From the NCBI RefSeq assembly GCF_009914755.1, contig NC_060934.1: a stretch of 64,000 nucleotides of DNA; one strand, written 5' to 3'. Below, piece after piece: positions 1 to 18,275 of this stretch (positions are counted from its first letter, which is position 1; each line of letters begins with the position of its first letter). The notes beneath the pieces were generated by a model that searched no databases, had not been told where the DNA came from, and saw only the letters and a list, made by a program, of their open reading frames with translations. Origin of the DNA: the human T2T-CHM13v2.0 reference genome, Homo sapiens. The position numbers and the translations under genes were made by a program.

Positions 1-390
1 TGCACCTTGCCAGCATCCTTCATTAAGCATGAGGCAGCCACTGGAGGCTTTGCTGCCTCAGGGCTTTGAGGAATCCTCTTAAACACAATCCAGAAAACCC
101 AAATTGGGCTGGGGGGTCATTCTCTCCAGGGGCACCTTCAACCAGTGGGTGAAAGGAGCCAGTGGACCCCAGTTCCAGCAGCTCGGTCCTCTAGTGGGAC
201 AATGCTGAAGCATGTTCTGAGTTATTCCTTGGGGATACCCTAGCGGCCTTGAGTTCCAATTGCCCACTCACTAACCAGCTCTTAACTTATCTTTCACTGG
301 CCTCACTTTCTCTACTCTCCTTCTACTTCCTGGAATCACCTTGCAAGTAAGTTTTCTGCACCCAAGTCTGTCTCACGGACCCCAAACAGT
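1..390 (+). mobile_element. Old ERVL-type LTR remnant (LTR16-like 3' end)
   Basis: ttcctggaatcaccttgcaagtaag...tgcacccaagtctgtctc resembles ERVL LTR 3' ends. Confidence 0.35.
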
Positions 391-651
391 CACCACCTGA
401 ACCAAGGGTCTTATGCCCCCAGTCTCCACATAGGCTGATCCTTCTGTCTTAGACCCCTCACCTAAATCTCACCTGTTCTTCAATAAACTGCTTAAAGATC
501 AATCGCTTCCGAAGCCTTCTCTGACCCTTTCTTTCTTCTGGTGCTGAGGAGTCCCGATCCCAATACTCACCGCGCTTGAGAAGAAACTGCAGCCTCCTTG
601 CTCCCCACTGCACTCTCAGTGCCACACACAATGGCTGATATAATTGGTGTT

Positions 652-2667
<2,016 letters not shown>

Positions 2668-3051
2668 AGAATGAATGAAATGATATTGGAAATAGTGAAG
2701 TTACAATACAAAAAAAGAACCTTATAGTCTCTAAAGTTTTAACACTAATATGTTCATTTGATCCTAAAGACACCATTTTCATTCCTCTTTTATAGATGAG
2801 GAAATAGAAGCTTAAAAATTGCACTTAGACCAGACTTGAACTCACAGGACTCTTTCTACAGCACCTGGCTACCTTAAGCCTTGAGGCTTCATGCCCAACA
2901 CTAATGTGATGAATTTGGGTAGTAAGTCCCCAGGATTAATAATTTCCCAATAGTGGTCTACCAGAACACAGGCAAAGCTCCCCTGGTGAAAGAAAAGTAG
3001 ATCACAGGCTTAACTCGAATTTAAACAGTTCTCTGCCCCACCACAACCCCA

Positions 3052-3752
<701 letters not shown>

Positions 3753-4927
3753 AGCAGGGGTGCCTTTTAATGTTTCTCAGGTACATTCAAAGAGCACAAA
3801 CATAAATCCACAAAAGACTTAAAACAAGTTTTTATTGTTTTAAATTTCAGAAATTGTATTTTTTATCTTTAAAGATCAACTTAGGTTTTATTTTCAATTT
3901 TTCTGACCATGCTTATACTTCGCTGTCTTCTTGAACACATGGAGAACGTTTATAAGTCTCTGTTTTCACATCCTTGTCTGTTAATTCTATCATTGTTTCC
4001 CTGAGAGAAAAACATCTGTTTTTCTGAGTCTGACTTTCCCTTTTTTGTTTTTAAGATGAAAAATTTAAGATTAATTACTAAGATCTCCTCTTGGGGTAAT
4101 TAGTAATCTTGAAAGTTGCACTAAGTTATCAGTAGAGTATCAGAAAATAAGACCTTTGGAAAAAGATCTAAATATATTCAGCTCAATAGCACTCAATGCA
4201 ATATGAAACCAGGGATGATACTGGACAGAAAACTTTAAGGAACAGGAATTCAATCCCTCATGTCAACATATGCATCAGACACAAACCATAATTTACCATG
4301 CACTGACTTCTTGTTTTTCTAAAGACAATGTTTAAAAGTTTGAGCTGAATTATATATTAGTGACAGAATTGCATTTCCACAAGTTTTTAATTTAAATAGC
4401 CTACATGTTAAAACAAGGACCTCTCAGATTTACTTAAGAGTTCTACATAAACACAAAAAATGTTCTAGACCAACCGTTTCAATTTTAGAGGCACCATGTG
4501 GACACATAGCCTTTAAAAGATATTAAAATTTTATAAAATACACATGCAGCTTAATCTTTACTTACTTGTTTTCAAAGCACTTTGTTTAAATAATTTTCTT
4601 CAAATTTGACCTGAAATAAGAACAGCTATCTCCACCAGTAGAAAACTGAGGCTAAGGCAGGACGAAGGTTAAGACTTGAATCCAGAGGTCCTGGGAAATT
4701 CCTTGGCTAATATTTTCACCAAGTTACAACTAAAATCCAGCTGCCACGGGTAGAGAGGAGTTTTGTCATTTGGTCATTTCAACCAAATTAAAAACTCATT
4801 GCTTTCACGAAGTTAAAATGGAATCCTGCTTAAGCCAGAGTCAGTCAAGATTCACTGAAGGTTTATTTACTTTTATATAGAAAACAGCCTAGATTTAAAC
4901 AGTCTGCACTCATAAGATGGCATCACA

Positions 4928-5209
4928 TCATGCCTGTAATCCCAATACTTTGGAAGGCCGAGGTGGGTGGGTCACCACCAGAGGTCAGGAGTCCGAGACC
5001 AGCCTGGCCAAGATGGCAAAACCCCGTCTCTACTAAAAATGCAAAAAATTAGCTGGGCGTGGTGGCAGGCACCTGTAATCCCAGCTACTGGGAAGGCTGA
5101 GGCAGGAGAATTGTTTGAACGCAGGAGGTGGGGAGGTTGCAGTGAGCCGAACTCCAGCCTGGGTGACAGAGAAAGACTCTGTCTCAAAAAAAAGAAAAAA
5201 AAAAAAAAA
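4928..5209 (+). mobile_element. AluS, slightly 5'-truncated, small deletion in right arm
   Basis: TSD gatggcatcaca (4916-4927) / gacggcatcaca (5211-5222). Confidence 0.9.
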
Positions 5210-5866
5210 CGACGGCATCACAAATGGGTTCTTGAAAACTATACTCCCAAGAGGATCCCACTGAGTACTGTGCATTTCTTCCACAGAATGTGGACTCTAA
5301 CTACTATGGGCTTACGAAAATGCAACTGACAAACCATATACCCCCAAGCATGTGTAAAACATTACCCCAAATACTCATTCATTGGATGGATGTGGAAGAG
5401 ACTAGTCCACGTCTGATTTTGTGTGTGAAGGACTATACTGTACCATCCATCAATTTTCTTATTTTAGCCAGGCACATAAATAACATTTTTATTTTACAGG
5501 TAAGGAACTTGAGTCCCAGAAAAGTTAAGTAACTATCCCAGGAAAATAATTGGTACTCAAACCTAGAATTGATCCCAAAGCCATGCTTCCAACAAAGTAG
5601 AGAAAAAAAACACCAAACAGGTGGATTGAAACTTTAAAGCTCACGAAACATCCCAAATGTGACATCCAAATCCTGTACATAAATATTTGTATGTAACATT
5701 TTGGAAATGGGCATGGTTTTCCTTTTCATAACCTCAGGTTTACTGCTTTAAACTGAAATACAACACAAATACAGAGCAGTGCACAAATCGTTAAGTGTAC
5801 GGTTTCATGAATTTTCAAAACCTCAACACATCCAAGCAGCCAGCACTCTGATTAAGAAACAAAACT

Positions 5867-6192
<326 letters not shown>

Positions 6193-6202
6193 TCATTCCT
6201 TA

Positions 6203-6360
6203 TTTTTTTTTGGAGATGGGATCTTCCTTTGACACCCAGGCTGGAGTGCAATGGCGCAATCCTAGCTCACTACAGCCTCGAACTCTCAAGGCTCAAGTGA
6301 TCCTCCCACCCCAGACTCCTGAGTAGCTGGGACTACAGGCTTGTGTCACTGCACCCAGTT
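6203..6360 (-). mobile_element. Alu right monomer (FRAM/AluJ-like)
   Basis: Single right arm with T tract. Confidence 0.8.
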
Positions 6361-6441
6361 GTTTAAATTTACTTTCTAAGGCAGCCTTTAGAGTTTACAA
6401 TTTAAGTTAGATGTCTGTCAGAAGCAACAGAGAAACAATGT

Positions 6442-6517
6442 TTTATTCCCAAAAACCGAAATGAAAAAAGATAGGGTTTAAGGCTCAAGAGGTACATTTT
6501 AAAAAATTATCTTTATT
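6442..6517 (-). terminator. Tandem polyadenylation signals: AATAAA at 6512-6517 and 6442-6447
   Basis: tttatt hexamers on the + strand, with U-rich sequence (TCTTTTTTCATTTCGGTTTTTG in transcript sense) between them. Confidence 0.7.
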
Positions 6518-7278
6518 TAGGTTTCTGATTCAGCACATGTATCAAAGACTAATCAACATAAAGGAGTAAATAAGACATTAATTGAAAGTCTTACATCTCT
6601 CTAAACTCTGACCAAGAATGTCAAGATTGCCACTATTACCAGAACTCCAACCTAGTCAAGTTGTAGACAAGCTATCATGAACAACATACAGTGTGCACAG
6701 ATATGCAGAGGCAAAAGGCATGCTAGCGCTTGGCTCTCCTCTTTTCCTTGTTGACATCTTTCTGTTGGACAGTCCACTTTCGCTTTCCAGGCTAAGTTCC
6801 AAATCAAGTCCAAAGAAGGCTCAGGGTCAACCTGACCAGATACTCTTCTGGAGGAATGCATTCTTAAACTGTTGTGCCTGCAACTTTGTTTTTGCCAGGA
6901 TGAAGTTCAGACCGAGATGTACAATACAATCTAGATGACGGTGCAGACTAAGTCAAGAACTAAAGTTGTGCAGTAACCCGAGTTAAGGCATGAATGCAGA
7001 CACACACATGCACACACACAGCACCCATGCTATCAAGACACAGGATTTTTTCAGTTGCCTCATGAGAGGCAACCTGGGCTTGGCAGTTAATCAGAACTGC
7101 TGAGCATTCCAGAAAATGCCCCCCACGACTTTATGCTAACAGCTGTGTGTATGTTTTAATCAAAAAATTAAAGAAGAAAAAAAAACCCTAAAAAACAAAG
7201 AAAAAAACAAACAAAAAATCACCAAAAACCTAGAAACCCCTTAATCTCTTACAATGGCTCTTGAGCATGGAACTCATG

Positions 7279-7945
7279 TAGCAGCATCAATGGCTGGCTC
7301 TTTAACAATTTGGAAATAAAAGGTTGTTTTACTATGTATTTCTTTGGTAGTCATCACTACAAAGTTTTCAGTGTTGGTTACCTATAAGACAAGTACTAGA
7401 CAGAAGATCAAGTTACACAGAAATATTTCTTCTGTACTGATAAGATACAAATATTGAGCTCTCAAAGCACAAGTTACTATGCTTTTTCTTGCCTTATTGG
7501 GCATTCTCTAAAAGCAAGGCTTTGTGCAGGAAAAGTTCATGTCTACCTAACAAAGGGTGATACATGTTCTATTTTCCTACAAGTGAACAATTAACAAAAA
7601 TTCACATTATCAATTATTTCTGGTTGAATCTGTTAGAAGCCAATTACAAAGGGACAGTAGCACTTGGTGTCAAAGCCACTTTCTGGTCACACATTCATTC
7701 CATGGTTGCTAGTCAGTATCTCAGGAGCTCAGAATTTAAAACTCCTTTCAGTCAACGAAGGAGTAAGTTCAATTAAAGGCTTCCACTGTCTGCCAAATTT
7801 CTAGAATTCTGTCTAGAGTGCTAGCATGCTTGATGAGAGAAAGCAGTTCAGAGCCCAAAGAGGTGTCAGGTATTAGGTAAGTTAATTTGGTTTTGTATAA
7901 AAGGCATGGTAATCTGGCAACAGAGTACTTATCCTATTAGCAGCA
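7279..7945 (-). promoter_or_regulatory. Two miR-15/16/195/497 8mer seed sites (UGCUGCUA), at 7279-7286 and 7938-7945
   Basis: tagcagca occurs on + at both positions. Confidence 0.5.
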
Positions 7946-8717
7946 CAGTGGTAGCCAAGGGTCTCTGTCTGCAAGACAGGAAAATGAAGCTACTGAAGCC
8001 CCTGTTGCTCCCACCTGCCTGCAGGATGGCTACTGATTTTACAAAGGCCTTCTGGGAGCCAATCCAGGGCTCACCTGGGAGAGTGGGTAACAGAATGGCA
8101 GGAACCATGTTCAGCCCCCATGAGAAGTGCCCGACTGAGGGAAGTCAGCTTCCCATAGGTGAGGGGGCTGTTGCCATTATGGGCTCAGAATCTAAATCTT
8201 ACTGATCCCTAGTAGTAAGACAATTGCCAAGAAATTGTCCTAGCAGGTACTACCCAAGTGTTACAGGCTCTGCATAGGTCCTCAAACACTTTAAAGGACA
8301 CGAACCATCAAATTCAAAAGAGTAGTGTTTGTTCTATCAGTTCTGAATGTCCACAGGGAGAGGCAACTAGATTTATGTGGAAAAAGTGCTGTTTGAAGGA
8401 GCTGTGTTTTATTTCGAAGTGAAATGACTTTGGGAACCAGAACATTTCTGCAGATGTCTGAATATCAAGAACCTATCTCTAAAAGGCATTTATCAGGAAA
8501 TGTTCGCTCACTCCAAGTGCTTTTTAAAAATTCAACATATGGCAATGTTTTAATTTTTGTGCTTTCAAGAGGTAACTAAATCGATAGGAAGCTGAGGGAA
8601 GATCATTCCATTATGGACTTTCTTGTTTGGGTGCAAGACACTATCCACAGCATTGAAATCTATAATCTCATAAAAGATTCTTATAAACATATACCATATT
8701 TCTCCTATAAGAAAAAC

Positions 8718-8903
8718 TGAGAACTGTACCATGAAGGCAAAATTTGTTTGCCTACTCTCAGAATTCCTTGGAATGGCAATGTACCAGGAGGGTGAGTGAA
8801 CTGTTGGTGAAAATTCCGGGTTTGACATGGCCCAGTCTGATCACATCAAAAACCTAAAGCCTCAATGATTAAATGCCAAACTTCTTCCCTGCATCTGAGA
8901 ACT
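8718..8903 (-). promoter_or_regulatory. Two miR-146-5p 8mer seed sites (AGUUCUCA) in the 3' UTR, at 8718-8725 and 8896-8903
   Basis: tgagaactg on + is identical to miR-146a/b nt 1-9 at both positions. Confidence 0.6.
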
Positions 8904-10644
8904 GTATTATGATTATGTATATTACACATACATTATAAATAAAATTTATATAGACCTACAGTTTCTTCCAAACAATTGAGTGATGTTCTCAGTTTGGGGG
9001 TGGAAGCAGGAAGAGGTGAAAAAATCTTATTGTTGCTTTTACTCTCAAGTTCTTAAAACGCTAGTCAAACACTATTATCCAACAAGACTTTTTTTTTTCA
9101 TTCTGTTAACTCTTAAATATGCATTCGAAGGCAAAAATGGAGGTTTCTATACTGTACAATATTAAATATCTACAATGTCATGGTTCCTTATTTTTAGGAG
9201 TGTGTTTAATAAAGAGTTGGCTATTAGAGATGGTTGTCACAAAACATGGACTCTTAAAAATTACTGATAAATTACTTTTCAGTTCTCTGATTATATCCAA
9301 CAGATACACATTCTTGTCATAAAATATACATTCTCTAGTAAGTTATTTTCATCCACAGCATATATAAATATGCAAACACAGGTGGTAAAAATCACTTCAC
9401 TACCAAAGTACAAAACAGCAACTGCTGAAAAACAAAAATTAAGATGTTGCACGTGTTAAGAAAAGAGTGACTCAGTGTTCCACTGCAAAGTGAAACCAAA
9501 TGATTTATTTGTGCTAAATGAATGGAAATAATGTATTCAGAATATACTTCTTTGTACACTGCACTTGCTTATACTGGGTGAAATGAACAGCCATCAATGC
9601 TAATGTGCTACTTTCCTTTAGACCTTATTTTCTTTTCTGCCAAGCAATACAATATTTTCTGGCCATTATGCCAAGATAATGCGATAATGTCCATTTCAAA
9701 TAGTATTTTCTAATGGTATTTTGCACCTTTAAAATATTTGTTCAAACTCTATTTTAAGAGAACACAAATGAAGTACGAAAGGGGGAAGCCGCATTGTTTT
9801 TGTTACAATCACACTGCCTTCTGCAGCAGAAATCAAATAACACATTCTAATTAGCCATTGAAACCACCGGTGAGTAGGACAACATTTATCGACTCATGTT
9901 AGAGGGGGCCAGGTTAAGTAGATTAACATTAAGGATAAAAAAGAGAATCACATCTTAATATACGATAATTATCCATCCCATTTATGTGGAGAAGGTACAG
10001 CCACATGATTCATTACTTTGGGCCATCTGTTTTACGAGAGACATGGATGTCAATAACACAATGAAAATAACCTGTAAAAAATGTATCTGTAGAAAGTTCT
10101 GTTAAACAGAAAATATGTCTTGGGCACTGATTCATCTAACTTTCTGTTCTACACTGAAAGCCAGATTTTCAAAGGTCTGAATTGTAGTGCTGAATTATTG
10201 GTATGTTTGGTAAACACTATTATAATGAGAGGAGGGTAACAACAGCTCAGTAATTTTCTGCAGATTCATGGAAAAAAATATAAAAAAGATATCCCTTTTT
10301 CTTTTACAAACCTAAAAGCCAGGAGAATGAAGCTCTGGGCCAAGCAAAAATTGCACACTGCTGCTGAAATACCAAATACCAAACAGCGAAGGTTCCAGCC
10401 AGGGAATGGACGTACATGAAGATTCAAGTAAAACACTGATGGAAAAAGTCGTCTGGTTAGTGTTGTAGACCCACAACACTGGCTGCATTTCTGACAAACA
10501 TTTACAACACAATGGATAGTGAAGCCTAGATAACCTCAGTGCAAATAAGTCATATCCAAATATGCCAGAGAAGGAAGCCTTTGGCGTTGAGTAGACGGCT
10601 CCATTGGATGAGTCCCAACTTGAAATTCAGACTAAGCTCATGCA

Positions 10645-10869
<225 letters not shown>

Positions 10870-11229
10870 CTAGGTACAGGTGGATCTCATTCTACCTAAC
10901 ACAGCCTGACTTGGCACTGGGGCTAATCAAACACTAACCAACAAAGACAAGAAACCAGGGATTTCTTTCTTCATCCCTACTGGTTTCTGAACTAGTAATA
11001 AAATTTAAATAAGGCAGTGTTTACACTTCCACCTATGAAAAAGCTACATAAAATTACTGCACAACTTGTGTTGAACAAACTGCTGGACTTGGGTCCTTCA
11101 ACGAGAGCTGTAAAATATCCCCTTAAATCTTTCTTTCCGTGTGTGTCACCAATTCCCTCTATTGCTTATCTCCAATAAGTTGTCCACATCCTGAAAGATA
11201 CAGCTCAACAGAAATGTTTCTATGTTTGA

Positions 11230-11518
11230 GGCCGGGTGCAGTGGCTCACACCTGTAATCCTAGCACTTTAGGAGGTAGAGGTGGGTGGATAACCTGAGGC
11301 CAGGAGTTCGAGACCAGCCTGGCCAACAGGGCAAAACCCCGTCTCTATTAAAAATACAAAAAGCAGCCAGGTGTGGTGCCGTGTGCCTGTAATACCAGCT
11401 ACTCGGGAGGCTGAGGCAAGAGAATCCCTTGAGCTCCGGAGGCGGATGTTGCAGTGAGCAGACATCATGCCGCTGAACTCCAGCCTGGATGACAGAGTGA
11501 GGAAAAAAAAAAAAAAAA
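11230..11518 (+). mobile_element. AluS in intron 8
   Basis: Full dimer with A16 tail. Confidence 0.9.
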
Positions 11519-12060
11519 GTTCCTACTTTTACATAAAGTCCATCAAACTGGCCAAACAGCTTCAGAAATACCTTAAGTGCATTCTTAGAATAGGGTTCTT
11601 CTTTAAAATATTATAATTTATTCTTTGAAATATTGGTATTTCTGTTATTGGAAATACCCTTAATAATACTCTCACTCTACTAGCTACATTTCTAATGGCT
11701 CTATTAGTCAACTATATTGCCGACTCTAAAGAAAAAACTCCCTTGGGTAGAGTTGGAACCAGATGCACTTAAGCTTCCTTGTAATTCGAGGAGAGAAAAT
11801 TCTGAGTAACATTACAAACAAGGCTAACTTCAGGAAGAATACTGAAGGTCAGTGAACTGTGAAGGTGCAGACAATAAATATCTTTAGACATTATGGCAAC
11901 CAACAATAATGCAAGGAGCTGGCCAGAGTTCAATCAAAGCACTGGCCAGAGTTCAAATTATATTTCACAAAGGGTAATTTTTCATAGGAAGTGAAGTTAA
12001 AGTTTTGTCTCCTGGGAAGGATTTTAGTTTCAATACCAGAATTTGGTATCAAACTGTTTA

Positions 12061-12351
<291 letters not shown>

Positions 12352-13177
12352 TCATTTTAAGCTCAACTATCTGGTGTCTTCAACTATCTAGGAGGTTTTA
12401 AATCGCAGTAGTTCTCTATCACCCACAAAAATACAAACAGATGAAAAGAATGATGGGCTCACTAAATGGTGTGGATAACAAGGGAAATAAATGTTAATTC
12501 CTAGGATAGAATAGAGAGCCCAGAAATAAACTCACACGTATATGGTCAACTGATCTTCAAAAAGGGCACCAAGAATACACAACGGGGAAAGAGAACAGTC
12601 TCTTCAACAGATGGTGTTGGGAAAACTGGATATTCACATGCAGAGGAGTGACACTGGACCTTATCTCTTACACTATATACAAAAGTCAACTCAAAATGGA
12701 TTAAAGACTTAACTATAAGACCTTAAACTATAAAACTCTTAGAAGGAAAATAGGGGAAAAGCTCCCTGACATTGATCTTAGCAATGATTTCTTGGATATG
12801 ACATAGGCAACAAAAAAAAAAAGCAAAAACAAATACGTGGGACTACATTCAACTAAAAAGTGTCTGCGCTAAGGAAACTTTCAGTCAACAGACTGAAAAG
12901 GCAACCTATAGAATGGGAGGAGATATTTGCAAACCATATACCTGGTATGGGGTGAATATGCGAAATACATAAGTAACTCCTATGACTCAAAGCAAACAAA
13001 CACACTCAAATAGTCCAATGAAAAAATGCACAGAGAACTTGAATACACATTTCTCTAAAAAAGATACACAAATGTGCTAATAGATATATGAAAAGACGAT
13101 TATCACCACTAACCATCAGGGAAATGCAAATCAAAACCACAGTGAGATATCACCTCATAACTGTTAAGTTGGCCATT

Positions 13178-14207
<1,030 letters not shown>

Positions 14208-14414
14208 TTATACACTGTTGGTAGGAATGTAAAATGGTGCATCCACTATGGAAATCAGTATGAAAATGCCTCAAAAGATTAAAACTAGAAGTACCACATG
14301 ATCTAGCAATCCCACTTCTGGGTATTTATACAAAATAATTGAAATCAGGATCTCAAAGAGATATTAGCACTCCCATATTCACTACAGTGTTATTCACAAT
14401 AGCAAAAATGTGGA

Positions 14415-14740
<326 letters not shown>

Positions 14741-15314
14741 TCAACGGATGAGCAGATAAAGAAAATGTGATATATATAGACATATAAAGGAATATTCAGT
14801 CTAAAAGGAGAAAATCCTGCCATATGCAACAACATATATTAACCTCGAGAATATTATGCTAAGTGAAATAAGCCAGTCACAGAAGGACAAATCCTGCCTG
14901 GTTCCACTTATATGAGGAGTTTAAATAGCCAATCTCATAGACACAGAGTAGAATGGCGGTGAACTGCTGCTCAACAGCCATCAAGTTTCAGTTAAGCAAA
15001 ACGAATAAACTACAGAGAGTTGCTGCACAACATTATACTACAGTTAACAGTACTGTATTGTATTCTTAAAAATAAGAGGATAGATCTTATATTGAGAGGT
15101 CTCACCACAATAATGATTTTTTTAAGTCAAACCCTGTCAGGAATTCAACTGAGATTCAGGAAAGCAAAAGACATGAGAAAGAACAAGAATAAAGTGGAGA
15201 AAATCGAGCAAAGGAGTAAATATCAAATGCAAGAAAACCAGAAATGTCAAAAGATGTATCAACAATTGACCAAACTGGAGATAGATATTAAGTAGCCAAT
15301 GAACTGAACCTCCT

Positions 15315-15317
<3 letters not shown>

Positions 15318-15351
<34 letters not shown>

Positions 15352-15440
15352 ACAAGAAGAAGACAGGGAGAGTGTGGGCATGAGTGAGTGAGAGAGAGAG
15401 AGAGTGAGAGTGTTGTGTGTGTGTGTGTGTGTGTGTGTGT
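15318..15440. repeat. A31 tract (15318-15348) followed by a compound (GA)n/(GT)n microsatellite
   Basis: Directly visible in the sequence. Confidence 0.95.
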
Positions 15441-16442
15441 CTCAGCCATAACAGCAAACAAAACCACTGGGAATATCACGACTTGAGAATATTCAATACA
15501 AGGAATGAAAGCCCTGCCAATGTTCCCTAAAAGAACCTGGTATTTAAGGAAGAAACAATCCCCAGTCCAATATAATGTTCTGTGTAGTCTTCATGTAGGA
15601 GTCCAGGATCATCTCCACTGTGTTTTAACATCTGTATGTCCAGACTCTCCTTACTGTTAGACAGGTTTGGATTGGGGTCCATATTTTGAGAACATCTAAA
15701 AGCGATCCTCACCTACATGTGGCATGTGAAGCCCTGCTCGTCAAGAGTCAGTGCAGAAGTCACCAGCCGGTCTGGGGAATTACTTGTTTTATCACTGCAC
15801 AAATGTGGCTAGCTTTCTTTACACCTTTGAGTTCCCAACATCTACCACAATACCTTGCACAGGGTAGGTTCCATACTGGCAAAGTGAAAAGGGAAAACAG
15901 AGGAGCTGTCTGGGGAAATGTGGATAGGAATCACCTATTGACAATTACTCTGAACATACTATCAGCTATTAGAGGCCAAGCAATGTGAACTCCACTTACT
16001 GCTTTTCTGAATTACGTAAAAACAAGAAGCTGTTAAGTATGCTCTTCCATCTGTCTTTTTTGTTTCCATGACAGAGATATTCAGCCAAGCCTTCCTTTAG
16101 TTGTGCTATTATCGCAGGACTTTTCTGTGCCCTCAGCATCTAATACTAAAAGTTTATTTTGTGATTTGACTATGAATTAGTGATGCTTTCTATTTGACAT
16201 ATTTCCATTTCCAATTGTGGAGTTTTTATTCACATTTACAAAATGGAGGTCTGGGATAAAGGACAAGTCTTTGGGAACTAAGTGGTTTTTTAATGTGATA
16301 TTTACTGGAATCACAAGAACTTTACTCATCTGGGAAAAGAAAGAAGTTGTTTTCTTTAAAAAAACATTGGAGAATAAAATCCTAATTTTATTTCTTATGA
16401 AAGTGATTACATTTAAGAGAAAGGCTATAAAATATAAAAGTG

Positions 16443-16746
<304 letters not shown>

Positions 16747-16878
16747 GTGGATCCTTGTCTTCAAATAGGGGATTCAGTTCATTTTTAAAAATATAGTCAA
16801 TGTTCTAGTATTACTGAGTTAACTTTTCTGAAGGGTAATTATGAGTACTGCCTACTTACTTAAAAAAAAAAAAATCCT

Positions 16879-17182
<304 letters not shown>

Positions 17183-17469
17183 TTACCAAGACTTCTGCAT
17201 TTGGCTTCAAACTATATTCTGATGCTGCAGGTCAGTGGTTCTCAACAGTGAATATCAAAGTTCTGCTTGCCTTATCCCAAACCAATGAATCAGAATCTCC
17301 AGGGAGCTGAACCCCAGGGCAGCTGTGAAGAGAACTGCAGTGATTTTATTGCTCTTGATTCAGACCTCCATGCCTCTGTTAATGGTGTGCCCTAGCCTGA
17401 GAATGTCTTCTCTTTACCACAGCTTCTTCCTGCTCCCAGTGCCAATCAGCACCTCACTCATCCTTTGCA

Positions 17470-17700
17470 GAAGGCAAAGACCACAGAGTCTAGAGTCAGA
17501 CTATGTTGGATCCTAGCTCTGACACTTGGCACTAAGTAGACAAGTTCCTTAATCTCATTGTGCTTTAGATTCCTGAGCTGTTCAATGGGAATACTGTAGC
17601 TACCTTGCAAGGTTGTCATGAGGATGAAAGGAGATAATATCACAAAGTGCTTTGAGAGTGCCTGGAAAAAGTAAGGGTTTGATGCACTTTAGCTCATTAA
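17470..17700 (+). mobile_element. MIR
   Basis: MIR core: gagtcagact...caagttccttaatctc...ggttgtcatgaggatgaaaggagataat. Confidence 0.75.
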
Positions 17701-17794
17701 CTCCTCTCAAAGCCCATCTCAAAAGCTCTCTAAGCTGGTCGCTCTCTCCTCTTTGAACCTCTTTTTAAACTATTTTACCTTGGGTTTATAAAAA

Positions 17795-18275
17795 TTATAA
17801 CTTTTTATTTTGAAATAGTTTACAATTCACAAGAAATTGCAAGAATATTACAGGGTTCCCATGTATCTTTCACTCAGCTTCCCCTGATTACACCCTACAT
17901 AACAATAACACATTGTCAAAACCAGGAAATTGACATTGGTATAATATTAGTAACTAAGGCACAGACTTTGTGTGGATTTCATCAGCTTCCATGTGTGCTC
18001 TCTGTGTGCCTATGCATGTGTACAGCTCAACCATCCTTATCCTTCTACTACTCTTAACGCATCCTAGCAATGACTGATCTGTTCTCTATAATTTTGTCAC
18101 TTTGTGAATGTTGTAGAAATGGTATCATATAGTAGGTAACCCTTTGAGATTAGGTCTTTTCATTCAGTTCAATGCCCTTGCAATCCATCCAAATTGTTCT
18201 AAGTGTCAATAGTTAATCTGTTTATTGCTGAACAGTATTCCATTGAATAGACATACTGCCATTTGTTTAACTACA
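17795..18275 (-). mobile_element. Old L1MC/MD-like 3' fragment
   Basis: aactttttattttgaaatagttt...aaaccaggaaattgacattggt, typical of L1MC 3' ends in antisense. Confidence 0.6.

Larger units (their letters stand above)
6485..10644 (-). other. CCDC6: CCDC6 3' UTR (~4.1 kb); distal end approximate
   Basis: AT-rich stretch with no repeats I recognise, running from the stop codon to an AATAAA followed by U-rich sequence; Alus resume just beyond it. Confidence 0.75.

Noticed and set aside
15020-15348. Lys/Gln-rich plus-strand ORF followed by A31, resembling a processed pseudogene
   Set aside because: Starts inside an L1 3' end with a non-ATG codon; no recognisable parent, no TSD, and no poly(A) signal close to the A tract. 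A BLAST hit to a spliced mRNA would reverse this.
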